Below the pieces are notes generated by a model, which was not told the origin of the DNA, did no database searches, and saw nothing but the letters and a program-made list of their open reading frames with translations. Below, in pieces: positions 54,895 through 64,000 of a stretch of 64,000 nucleotides of DNA; within the stretch, counting starts at the first letter, position 1, and each line of letters starts with the position of its first letter. The stretch is taken from NCBI GenBank assembly GCA_047459655.1, contig JAJREF010000005.1, positions 32,001 through 96,000 of the forward strand, given 5' to 3'. The translations under genes were made by a program, and so were the position numbers. Source of the stretch: Rhabdochlamydiaceae bacterium (lineage in GTDB: Bacteria; Chlamydiota; Chlamydiia; Chlamydiales; Rhabdochlamydiaceae).

Positions 54895-56613
54895 ATGGGT
54901 TTCTTCGGCCAGCAGAGATTTGCATCTTTGACACGTTTTCTTTCCCGTTTGCCAGGCTTTTCAAAGCCTGATAAACATTCGCTGCACTTTCTAAATATTG
55001 CCCAGTTCATGGGTGTTCTTAACGACAACATCTTCAAGCTTGTGATCGCCTTTTTATTAATTGGGATATATGGAAAGGAAGATGCAAGCACGATCTTGTC
55101 TGCTGCAGGAGCTATTTTCGTTATTCCCTTTCTCTTGTTCTCTTCGGCAGCGGGCGTTCTAGCCGACAGGTTTAGTAAACAGAGACTGCTCATCTGGATG
55201 AAATTTGCAGAAATAATTATCATGTCTTTGGCTATTATTGCTTTTGCTACAAAAAGTGTATGGGGCAGCTACACCCTTTTATTCCTTTTATCAACGCATA
55301 GCGCTTTGTTTGGCCCATCAAAGTATGCGATTATCTCTGATCTTGTCCCCGCTGATCGGGTATCAAGAGCAAATGGACTCATTACATCTTTTACCTACCT
55401 AGGCGTGATTATAGGAACCTTTCTTGCCTCTTTTTTGACGGAGTGGACCGATAAAAACTTCGTGCTGGTTGCCTTCTTTTGTCTCGGCATTGCGGGCATT
55501 GGCTTTATCAGCACATTCGGGATTAAATACACAAGTCCGCAGGGGTCGGATAAGAAAATCAAGATCCTTTTCTTAAAAGAGATCTCAGCAACACTCTCAT
55601 TTTGTAAAACAAAACCCCACCTTTTAATTTCCACCCTAGGATCCTCTTATTTTTTATTCACAGGAGCATTTGTTCAGTTGAATGTGATCCCCTTTGCAAT
55701 TGATGCGCTTCATCTGAATGAGGTAGCGGGAGGATATCTTTTTCTTTCAACAGCTTTAGGGATTGCCTTAGGGGCTTATTTAGCAGGGAAAGTTTCCCGC
55801 GTAAGAGTGGAGCTTGGAGTTTCGTGTATTGCAGGTATTTTAATTGGCGTTTGCCTTTTGCTTCTTGCTCTTTTATCCCACACCTTGCTCTCTGTGATAT
55901 TGCTTCTTGTACTGCTTGGAATCTTTGGTGGATTTTTCATTGTTCCTTTTGACTCTTTCATCCAAATTTTTAGCCCGAGTGAAAAAAGGGGACAAGTGAT
56001 TGCTGCGACTAACTTCTTAAGTTTTTGTGGCGTTTTAATGGCATCTGTTACTCTTTATATCTACAGTCAATGGATAGGTTTATCCCCCGAGCAAGGCTTC
56101 GGCATTACAGGATTGATTACGATTTTGTTTTCTATTTTTCTGATTCTTAGACTGTCCGATCTTTCTCTTTCTTTCTTTTCTAAATATTGCCTTAAACCTT
56201 TATTCCGTCTTAAAACAGAAAATCTGGATCTTTTTGAAAAACATTCTCACGTTGTACTTGTCTTGCGGAAAGCAAATTGGCTAAAAGCGCTCCTCCTTTT
56301 ATCTGTTGCTCCTAAAACACATCTTCTCATCTCTCAGAAACAAGCACCTCTCTTTCGATGGTTTAATCACCTTTTTTTCTCTATTCATGTAATCCCTTCT
56401 GATGCTACGTTAAAACCTTTACTAGAACAATCGAAAGCGCTTGTGTCTGAGGCTATTCATCCTTGTATCTTGCTAAATACAAGCTATATTCCTACCTCTT
56501 TTGACAAAACATCTTCCTTGATCTCTTTTTTTAATTTTAATTCGATCCATCTCATCTATGTCGATGTTGTTTTTGGACTAAGAACCACGGTCCATTTTTC
56601 TAAAAAGGCCTAG
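54895..56613 (+). CDS. MFS transporter (LplT-like) with C-terminal soluble domain
   Basis: AQFMGVLNDNIFK, AGVLADRFSK, SALFGPSKY. Confidence 0.85.
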   Translation: MGFFGQQRFASLTRFLSRLPGFSKPDKHSLHFLNIAQFMGVLNDNIFKLVIAFLLIGIYGKEDASTILSAAGAIFVIPFLLFSSAAGVLADRFSKQRLLIWMKFAEIIIMSLAIIAFATKSVWGSYTLLFLLSTHSALFGPSKYAIISDLVPADRVSRANGLITSFTYLGVIIGTFLASFLTEWTDKNFVLVAFFCLGIAGIGFISTFGIKYTSPQGSDKKIKILFLKEISATLSFCKTKPHLLISTLGSSYFLFTGAFVQLNVIPFAIDALHLNEVAGGYLFLSTALGIALGAYLAGKVSRVRVELGVSCIAGILIGVCLLLLALLSHTLLSVILLLVLLGIFGGFFIVPFDSFIQIFSPSEKRGQVIAATNFLSFCGVLMASVTLYIYSQWIGLSPEQGFGITGLITILFSIFLILRLSDLSLSFFSKYCLKPLFRLKTENLDLFEKHSHVVLVLRKANWLKALLLLSVAPKTHLLISQKQAPLFRWFNHLFFSIHVIPSDATLKPLLEQSKALVSEAIHPCILLNTSYIPTSFDKTSSLISFFNFNSIHLIYVDVVFGLRTTVHFSKKA

Positions 56614-58576
56614 AACCTATGAGCAGCTCTTGTCCCCATAGGTATTGTTAATTTAATAACTAATATTCCTTGATCATTAGCTTTTACAAACACAGAATCT
56701 CCATCTACTACTTCCTCACAGCGAATGTATTCTACGTTAGGGTTGGTCTTTCGATTTAAAATACACAAGACTAAACATTCAATCAATCTAGGAAAGCTTT
56801 CTTCTTTTAACGCGTCTTTCTGAACCTCTCTTGTCAATCCAATACTATCTGGAATACTCATTGAAGTGATTGTCATCCAATAGCTGCTTTCTGTAGGTTT
56901 GATTTCAAAGTGTTTAAGGGTAGAGATATCCACTTTGATATTTTCTGATTTAGCTAGCTCAAGCAGTCTTTCCAATGTAAGTCCTTCAGGAATAAAAATA
57001 CGATGACGGGTTTCTTCTTTTTTCTTCCAAAAAAAGGACAGGGGCCTTGAAGCCAAGGGTCCATATCGGGAGGTGGAGCTAATTCTGAACATATGTTCCA
57101 ATCTTTTGGAAGTATATGACAAATAGGAGGTAATTCCGAGATCTCTAATCGTGATGAATAACCTCTTGGTCTTTCCAATTGTGCATTTAAATCATCTATT
57201 TTTTCACGCTGTTTAATTAAGAGCTCCCAGAGGCGCATTTGGGCTTGCTGTTGAAAAGACAACTGTCTCATCTCGGGATCTATTTTCTTTATTCCATCGA
57301 CACCCCTAACAATTTTCCCAATATCAACACCTGCCAATCTCAAGGCCTCATAATAATAACCAGCGCTTTTAGGAAAGCTCTCTAATCCATAAAAAGCCTC
57401 CGCAAGAGCCATAGCCATCTCAAAAGTCTCACATTCTTTATAACATGCCTCTGCGTCATCTACCTGCCCATGTGCCATATAGATCGCCGCCAAGCAACTC
57501 CACAACTCTTTCGTAGCACCTTTAGGAACACTGGTAACAAGATCTTTAGAAATCTGCGGTGCAGATTTTGGCCCTTTTATTGGCACAATGTCGCTTTTTG
57601 CGCTTCCACCACAGCCTTGTTGTTCTAGCTCTTTTAACCACCTAAAACCATTTTTGCTATCACCTTGCCTGAAATACCAACTAACAACTTCCTGACACAG
57701 GTGGGATGAATAACCTAAATGGAGCAACATCTCATAAAGCTGAATCAATGATGCTGAATCAGAAGGAATAGGATGGGCTTGGAGTAGGGAGAGCAATATT
57801 TTTTGTATTTCTCTATTTGTTAGGATATCTGGTTTCCTTTCTTCCTTTGCAATGAGCACATCAACCCACCTATCCATAAAAGAGTCTGGATATTTCTTGT
57901 GCGCTTCATCACAAAACCCTCGAGCCTCTACAAATTCCTTTGCTTTAATAGCTTCTAAAGAGCCTTTTATTAAAACATGTGCCTTTTCAGGATTAGTTTT
58001 CATAATCGAAGCCAGCTTATGGTACCCTTGCCAATAGGTTGGCACATATGTCAACAAATGTTGGTAGTAACGAATAGCTTCTATTGAGCCCTCTATTCTC
58101 AGCTCTTTTAATGCCTGACCTGTTAAGGAAATGGCACTCTCTGACTTTTCATTTAAAACGTGCGCGATTACGAGAAGATAAAAAACATTGAAATCTTTAG
58201 GGGCTTTACTTAGTAAAGCGATTACACCTGGAAAATCTTTTTCTGTTTTCGAAATGGCATCTTTTAATAATGGTTCTTTATCTATGGGGCTGAGACGACA
58301 AGCATGCTTTAATTCTTCTAAAAAGCCTGCTTTGTCTTTTAATGGAGAAGAAAGATCCAAGCAATAATTAGGTGGTAATTGACATTTAGCTAAAGCACCC
58401 AAAGGATCCTCTTTTGCTTTTTCCTTTATAAACCCAACCTCTTCACATTTTTTTTCTAATAAAATTTTCTGGAAAACATTAAAAATCCTGAGGAAAAAAC
58501 CCTCTTTCTCTTCTGCCAATTCAAAACGATGTGAAAATGTAAGAAAACAATAATAACCTGTTGGAACCCTTTCCAT
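56610..58576 (-). CDS. Hypothetical helical-repeat protein (frameshift near 57030)
   Basis: ORFs 56954..58576 and 56610..57122 overlap across a homopolymer run; TPR-like helices. Confidence 0.5.
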
Positions 58577-58648
58577 TGCTACCTCTTCGAGGTATTATTC
58601 ACCGGTCAGAATTTAAAAAAAGAATTTTTATAAAAATTCAACTTTACC

Positions 58649-60459
58649 CAGCAATTCCGAATGAAGAAGCAATACGAGAGAGGTTTTCTGTTTAAAAATA
58701 AGAATATTACTTTTCTATAGACAAAAGCCAGTCACAAGAGTAAAAATATCCCTCACAGCTCTTACATCATGGAGGACAACCCTTATGCCTGGCTCATCTC
58801 ATGTTACCAAACAGTCAAAAAAAAGCAACTTCTTAAAAATTACTTTGTCTATTCCAGCTAACTCTGCCGATGTAGCTGGTTGGATAAGATTTCTTCGTCA
58901 AATGAAGGTCTCGAAAATATTTGCAAGGCTAACCGATAAAAGACAAAAAGGAAAAATCTGCTATTCATCTTCCTCTCTGATGCACTGGGCTCTTTCGGCT
59001 TGTGCTTTTAGACTGGGGTCTAAAAATGCTCTACAAACAAGTTTAGACCACCTTTCCTCAGAACAAAGCCAAGGCATGTTTAACTGTCTGGAGATTGATA
59101 ACAAAAGGTTCCCCCATTCATCAACAGTTGACCATTTTCTTTCACACACTTCTTTGGAAGAACTACAGGCTATCCCTTTCACCCTCATTAAGCAATTAGA
59201 AGAAGGCAAGTTCTTTTACAATCACCTCGAGCTTCTTCCTAATAATTCTCTAACCATCGGCTGTGATGGGTTTTGGCTACATACCTACGATCATCCTCAT
59301 GCGGCTAACGAAGATGGGTTGAATGCTTGTCCCTACTGTTTACCAAGAACCTATTTTAAAGGAACGGACAAAGAGACAACTAGGTGGGTTCATGTGATGA
59401 TCACCTTTGTTCTCATTTGCCAAGGACTCACTTTACCGTTGTTTGTGCATCCTTTAAAAGCAGGAGAAGTAGATCCCTGCCAATCAGATGAAAAATTAAA
59501 GGAAGAGTCTGAGCTCAAAGCGGCTCATATGATTTTGCCCCTGATTCGAGAGAAGTTTCCCAGAGCTAAAATAACATTCTTAGGAGATGCTCTTTATGCC
59601 AACAGACCGATAATCCGTCTTTGTGAGCACCTTAATATCGACTACCTGATTGTTCTCAAAGACAATAACTTGAAGAAGCTCAATTCCAAATGCCAGGAGC
59701 TTTCTAAAACGGACATCTATCAAAAATCTTATCAATTTAGAGACCAATTACCTTGCAAAGAAGGAACTCTCCATAGAGAGGCCTTCTGGTTTAATAATGT
59801 GGCAGCTGGAGAAGAGGTCTTTACGAATGTTTTGAAATATCAAGAGACTATTCATAAGAGCAATGGCGCATCTCAAGCAGGTTATGAAGGAGCTTGGATT
59901 AGTTCTCAAAAAATAAAAAATACCAACTGCTTTAAGAAAACAAAGATCGGACGCATGCGTTGGAATCAGGAAGATTTTCACAATACAGGCAAAAACAGAG
60001 GGTACGAGATGACACACGATATGGCAAGAACACGGCCCCATCTTCTCATAGCTTGGAAGACCATCAGTTTTATAGCTTACTTTTTGTTCGAGCTTTTTCA
60101 ACATACAACTTTTGCTTTAACAGCTCTTAAAAATCGCTCTCTCAAACGATTTGCTCAAAATCTGTTTGAACAGCTTGTTCATATGAGCTGGGGTATTATT
60201 TCCCAGTCACCCATCCTCAAAAAACAAAAAGTTCAATTTCGGTATCGATTTGATTCATCCTAGATAGAGAAACATAAAAAAAAGGAGGTGACAGACAACA
60301 TAAAAAAACAAGTTAAAAACGATTCAGAAATAGTGAATGGGGAGGAACGTCTTTTTGCTTTCGTTTAAAAAATTTTATTTACGCTTGTTACTTTGAAGAT
60401 GACATATTTTCAATATGTGTGCTTTTTCTGAATGAAGCTTGCTTCATTCACAATTGCTG
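58649..60459 (+). mobile_element. Insertion sequence (DDE, IS4-like signature) with 9-bp TSD
   Basis: Inverted repeats CAGCAATTCCGAATGAAG / CTTCATTCACAATTGCTG; AACTTTACC at 58640-58648 and 60460-60468. Confidence 0.9.
58785..60263 (+). CDS. DDE transposase
   Basis: GCDG, GDALYAN, RMRWNQEDFHNTGKNRGY. Confidence 0.85.
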   Translation: MPGSSHVTKQSKKSNFLKITLSIPANSADVAGWIRFLRQMKVSKIFARLTDKRQKGKICYSSSSLMHWALSACAFRLGSKNALQTSLDHLSSEQSQGMFNCLEIDNKRFPHSSTVDHFLSHTSLEELQAIPFTLIKQLEEGKFFYNHLELLPNNSLTIGCDGFWLHTYDHPHAANEDGLNACPYCLPRTYFKGTDKETTRWVHVMITFVLICQGLTLPLFVHPLKAGEVDPCQSDEKLKEESELKAAHMILPLIREKFPRAKITFLGDALYANRPIIRLCEHLNIDYLIVLKDNNLKKLNSKCQELSKTDIYQKSYQFRDQLPCKEGTLHREAFWFNNVAAGEEVFTNVLKYQETIHKSNGASQAGYEGAWISSQKIKNTNCFKKTKIGRMRWNQEDFHNTGKNRGYEMTHDMARTRPHLLIAWKTISFIAYFLFELFQHTTFALTALKNRSLKRFAQNLFEQLVHMSWGIISQSPILKKQKVQFRYRFDSS

Positions 60460-61065
60460 AACTTTACCAGTGGCAAGCTCATAATAAGCTCCCACTATTT
60501 TAAGTTTTTTACTTTTCAAAAGCGCTCCAATGACACGGCTTTTCTTCAAAGTTTTGATTCCATTTGTAACATTTGCTTTGATGGCATTTGTCAGTGGATC
60601 ACCTGTCATGTTTTTTGTTTCATCGACAGCTTCTTGAATATAAGGAGCGATACTCTCTATATCTTCATCACCAGATCCAGATAACACAGCGGAAACGGCG
60701 CCACACTTTTGATGGCCTAAAATAACGACAAGAGGAGTATCAAGCTTGTCTACTGAATACTCGATACTGTCTAGCTCGATGGGGCCTATGACGTTGCCAG
60801 CAACCCTTACAACAAATAGATCGCCGATTGTTTGATCAAAGATAATTTCAGGAGAGACTCGAGAATCAGAGCACCCCACGATCACAGCAAAAGGCATCTG
60901 CTTGACAAACGTCTCCTCTCTTTTTCTTCTAAATCATGTGAATGGGTAGGTGCTTGGTTAGCATACTTTTGATTGCCCTCCATCAATTTCTGTAAAGCTA
61001 CATCATATTTAGCAGGCCCTGCAAAAATAGTGAGGGGAAAAGAGAGCAAAAGAGAGAAGTTTCAC
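60448..61065 (-). CDS. Beta-class carbonic anhydrase with signal peptide (frameshifts near 60915 and 61035)
   Basis: LQKLMEGNQKY upstream; GCSDSRV, RVAGN, LGHQKCGAV. Confidence 0.88.
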
Positions 61066-61087
61066 TGTAATAGCCCTTCTGGAGGAC

Positions 61088-61489
61088 CTACATCTTCTTT
61101 TGGCTGTTCATCAGAGAAACTGTCATCATCCTGGAAAGGCTTGCTTCCTTTTTGGGAACTTTACAGGCTCTAGCCCCACCGCCTGACATTGCTTGTGCAA
61201 GGCCACCAGGAGAGACATTGCTACATGTTGAAAAACTTTCTCCATCCATGCAGTACCATTGGACAGTGTAGGGCGTGCGCGACTGGTTCGGCGCCCCTAC
61301 CCCTGAATTGTAATCATTCCACGACATCGTTTGACGAGGATTGACGACCACCTCTCCTAAAGAAGCGCCATCAGAAGCCTGAACAATAGCTTGCAGCTTA
61401 TATGTTGAATCATTCACAAGGCGGACGCTTCCTGCATGAGCTAACTGACAACACAACAGAGCGATTATAAAACTTATACTTTTCGTCAT
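61088..61489 (-). CDS. Secreted hypothetical protein
   Basis: Signal peptide ending AHA; Cys-containing beta-rich body. Confidence 0.6.
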   Translation of the reverse strand: MTKSISFIIALLCCQLAHAGSVRLVNDSTYKLQAIVQASDGASLGEVVVNPRQTMSWNDYNSGVGAPNQSRTPYTVQWYCMDGESFSTCSNVSPGGLAQAMSGGGARACKVPKKEASLSRMMTVSLMNSQKKM

Positions 61490-63234
61490 TTCTTATCTTT
61501 AACAATAAATGCCCATTTAAAGTCAACACTCCCTGTCGTAGAAACAGCGACATCTCTCACTCTTTCACTTGCTAAATAGAGCATCGTATAATGGAATAAG
61601 GGAATGATGGCCATCTCATCGATTAAGAGAGATTCACTCTCTTTTAAAACTTTTTTGCGCGCGTCAAAATCAGACAGAGAGAGCGCCTGATTGAGGAGTT
61701 CTTCATATTTAGGATTTTCCCACGATGTGTGGTTGGATCCTACTTTCTTATTTTTAAAAATTTCTAAAAAATTAAGAGGGTCGTTGAAATCAGCTGTCCA
61801 AGATCCAATAGCTATCTGAAAATCTTTTTTTGTCAGACGATCATAAAAAGTTTTCCGCTCCATCGGCTCAATTTTAACATCGACACCTAGAGTAGATGTC
61901 CACTGCGCTTGCACTGCTTGCGCAATCAGGTTGTTTCTCTCGCTTGTAATGTAGAGCAGCACAATACAAGGAAGGTCTTGGAGCGACAACCCTTGTTCTT
62001 TTAAAGCTTGGTTAAAACAGCGTTTAGCTGTTTCAACATCTCCATCCTTGAAATAGGGAGCATCTTGCAGCCCCATCGCTGTTGGAACAAGGCCTGTTGC
62101 CGCAATTTGTTTCCCCTGCAGCACATGGTCGATGATTTCTTGTCGGTTGATAGATAAACCAAAAGCTTTCCGCATCAAAGGATGGTTAAAAGGGGCTTTG
62201 TTTGTGTTTGTATTGAAAAAATAAGTCGCTAAAAAGGGTTTGGTATGAAACTCTTTTCGCTGCCTGAGCTGAGCAATCGCATCGAGAGGAAGCACAGAGA
62301 GGGGAGATCCTGCCCAATCAAGCTCTTTTTTTTCATACATCTTAAATTCTGTATCTTCACTGACCATGACTAGCTGTATCCCATCTAATTGAACATGCGG
62401 GGCATCCCAATAGTGGCCATTCTTAACAACTTCAAAACAATCAGAATGCTTCCATTCTTTCGGTAGGAAAGGACCGTTACAAATGTAGGTTGCTGCCTCA
62501 TCTGCCCAATGGGAGTTCAGCTCATCTGTTTTTTGATGAATAGGAAAATAGATGGGAAGCGCTGTTAATTCTAAAAAGTAGTGCGTGGGTCTTTCTAGTT
62601 CAACTTGTAAAGTTTTTGCATCGAGCACCTGTACCCCAAGATCGTCTACAGGTAGCTGCCCTTTCTTGATCAGTTCGGCATTTTTAATAGGGTATAGCTG
62701 AAAAGCTCTATCAGAAGGGAAGCTAGGACTTAGAGATTTTTTCCAGGCGTATGCAAAATCATCCGCTGTTACACGCTCCCCATTACTCCATTTGCAATCT
62801 CTTAAATGAAACGTGTACATCTTTCCATCAGAGGAGATCTCTAATCTTTCTGCAACAGCTAACTGAGGTTGATCTTTCGGATCCATGCGCGTTAATCCAT
62901 CAAAACACATCTGGACAACTGTCTGTGATTGGAGATCTTTTGCTTTTCTTGGGTCTAATGTTTGAGGCTCGCCCCCAATATTTACCTTAAGCTGCTTCCC
63001 TTTTTGGGGTTGACAGCCTGTGGCTAAAAGAAGTACAAGGAAAACCCATGTGGTATATACTGAGAGACCTCTGCGTAACTTTAGTGAAGTGAAAAAATCG
63101 AAGATTTTTGTTTTTATATCGAAGACATACTCTAGAGAGTAGGCAAGATGTGAAAATAAACATCTGCAGAAAAAGCACGATTCGAGCGATTTACCAGAGT
63201 TATGAAGAGGTCTCTCTAAGAATGTTTTTTTCAT
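61486..63234 (-). CDS. oppA: Oligopeptide ABC transporter substrate-binding lipoprotein
   Basis: LLLATGC lipobox, EPQTLDP, YTFHLR..KWSNG..VTADDF, NGPF, WTADFNDP; family A element in-frame in the N-terminus. Confidence 0.92.
   Translation of the reverse strand: MKKTFLERPLHNSGKSLESCFFCRCLFSHLAYSLEYVFDIKTKIFDFFTSLKLRRGLSVYTTWVFLVLLLATGCQPQKGKQLKVNIGGEPQTLDPRKAKDLQSQTVVQMCFDGLTRMDPKDQPQLAVAERLEISSDGKMYTFHLRDCKWSNGERVTADDFAYAWKKSLSPSFPSDRAFQLYPIKNAELIKKGQLPVDDLGVQVLDAKTLQVELERPTHYFLELTALPIYFPIHQKTDELNSHWADEAATYICNGPFLPKEWKHSDCFEVVKNGHYWDAPHVQLDGIQLVMVSEDTEFKMYEKKELDWAGSPLSVLPLDAIAQLRQRKEFHTKPFLATYFFNTNTNKAPFNHPLMRKAFGLSINRQEIIDHVLQGKQIAATGLVPTAMGLQDAPYFKDGDVETAKRCFNQALKEQGLSLQDLPCIVLLYITSERNNLIAQAVQAQWTSTLGVDVKIEPMERKTFYDRLTKKDFQIAIGSWTADFNDPLNFLEIFKNKKVGSNHTSWENPKYEELLNQALSLSDFDARKKVLKESESLLIDEMAIIPLFHYTMLYLASERVRDVAVSTTGSVDFKWAFIVKDKK
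63065..63213. mobile_element. Palindromic element family A (RPE-like), copy 2, inside oppA
   Basis: Near-identical to 22253..22413 but with a 12-bp deletion. Confidence 0.9.
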
Positions 63235-63240
63235 TTCCCT

Positions 63241-63270
63241 AATTTAGACAGGTAAGGGGGTTTTCGTCAA
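63241..63270 (-). promoter_or_regulatory. Possible sigma70-type promoter of oppA
   Basis: Minus strand TTGACG-18 bp-TAAATT, followed by AGGGAA and the ATG at 63234. Confidence 0.35.
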
Positions 63271-63271
63271 G

Positions 63272-63305
63272 TAGACCTCAGAACCTTAATTACGTAAGAG
63301 GTCTA
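63272..63305. repeat. Mini element retaining only family-A-like ends
   Basis: TAGACCTC-N18-GAGGTCTA immediately before the ATG at 63306. Confidence 0.55.
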
Positions 63306-64000
63306 ATGCCTTTCGCAACAACCATCTCTCCAGCTCCCTTGCTAAATACTCCTAAACTTATTTTCGAGCTTTCGAAAGATTCTCAAGATCGTTTTATGGA
63401 ATTAGAAACCGTGATTTTCACTTACGTCTTGCTAGAGCTCATCGAACAAAAAACAGAGCAGGTGTGGGAAGTAAAAACAAAAGAATACCCCTCTTCCTCT
63501 AAGCTATACATCGATCAACAATTTTTTCAGCCTATTTCCTTGCCCATAGAAAGAACGATTGAACTACCCTCTCTTGAAGAGATCTTAGCCAACATGAAAA
63601 AATTAGAAGGGCTTCGCTATTTTTGGGGTGGAGCCTATCCTTATGGCATTCCCAACATTTTAAAATTCTATCCCCACATCTCTGAAAGACCTGATTTGGC
63701 TGATCTCATTTGCCAGGGGGTCGATTGCTCAGGGCTTCTTTTTTTTGCTACCAATGGATGGACTCCCCGTAACACCACTGAGCTCACGCGTTTTGGCACA
63801 AACATCTTCGATCCTTCCCTGCCTTTAGATGAGTTAAAGCTAGAGCCTCTTGATATCATTGTATGGCAAGGGCACGTCCTGATCGCCGTTTCCCCCGACA
63901 CTCTCATTGAAAGCAGAATTGATAAAGGCGTTTGCTTCTCTCCACTAAAAACCCGTTTCCCCGAAGTACAAAAAATTGCTGCAGATCAAAAAAAGAACTC
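63306..64000 (+). CDS. NlpC/P60 family peptidase (partial; runs off window end)
   Basis: Read by eye: YFWGG, GVDCSGLL, TPRNT, IVWQGHVLI. Confidence 0.85.
   Translation, partial: MPFATTISPAPLLNTPKLIFELSKDSQDRFMELETVIFTYVLLELIEQKTEQVWEVKTKEYPSSSKLYIDQQFFQPISLPIERTIELPSLEEILANMKKLEGLRYFWGGAYPYGIPNILKFYPHISERPDLADLICQGVDCSGLLFFATNGWTPRNTTELTRFGTNIFDPSLPLDELKLEPLDIIVWQGHVLIAVSPDTLIESRIDKGVCFSPLKTRFPEVQKIAADQKKN

Noticed and set aside
1..64000. tRNA or rRNA genes
   Set aside because: None recognised by eye; tRNAscan-SE or cmscan would be needed to exclude them formally.

Overview
The window looks like chromosome from an environmental Chlamydiota bacterium. This is inferred from TopA carrying a C-terminal SWIB domain, a ~720-aa GreA, a long ThyX, a MOMP-like porin, and a dusB-yggT-MORN-repeat block. 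Housekeeping genes (topA, uvrB, thyX, greA, rdgB, dusB, oppA, beta-carbonic anhydrase) are interleaved with a surface-polysaccharide cluster (wzm/wzt, GT4, manC, Wzy/WaaL-like, GT9, GT2, two DXD glycosyltransferases). Also present are two AAA ATPase-nuclease genes, a probable toxin/immunity pair, several eukaryote-like or effector-like genes, and two intact IS elements with clear target-site duplications (TSDs). Many genes, including essential ones, carry single-base frameshifts mostly at homopolymers; these are most likely sequencing or assembly indels. Most notable observations: (1) at least four families of ~160-bp palindromic MITE-like elements, one of which (AGACCTCT...AGAGGTCT, Rickettsia-RPE-like ends) sits in-frame, in the same orientation and frame, inside two protein-coding genes, including the OppA signal peptide; (2) an acetyl-CoA synthetase with a signal-like N-terminus fused to a C-terminal Cys-His-Asp (NAT/transglutaminase-like) domain; (3) helically phased palindrome arrays directly upstream of both AAA ATPase-nuclease genes. 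All family assignments come from motif recognition; no database searches were run.
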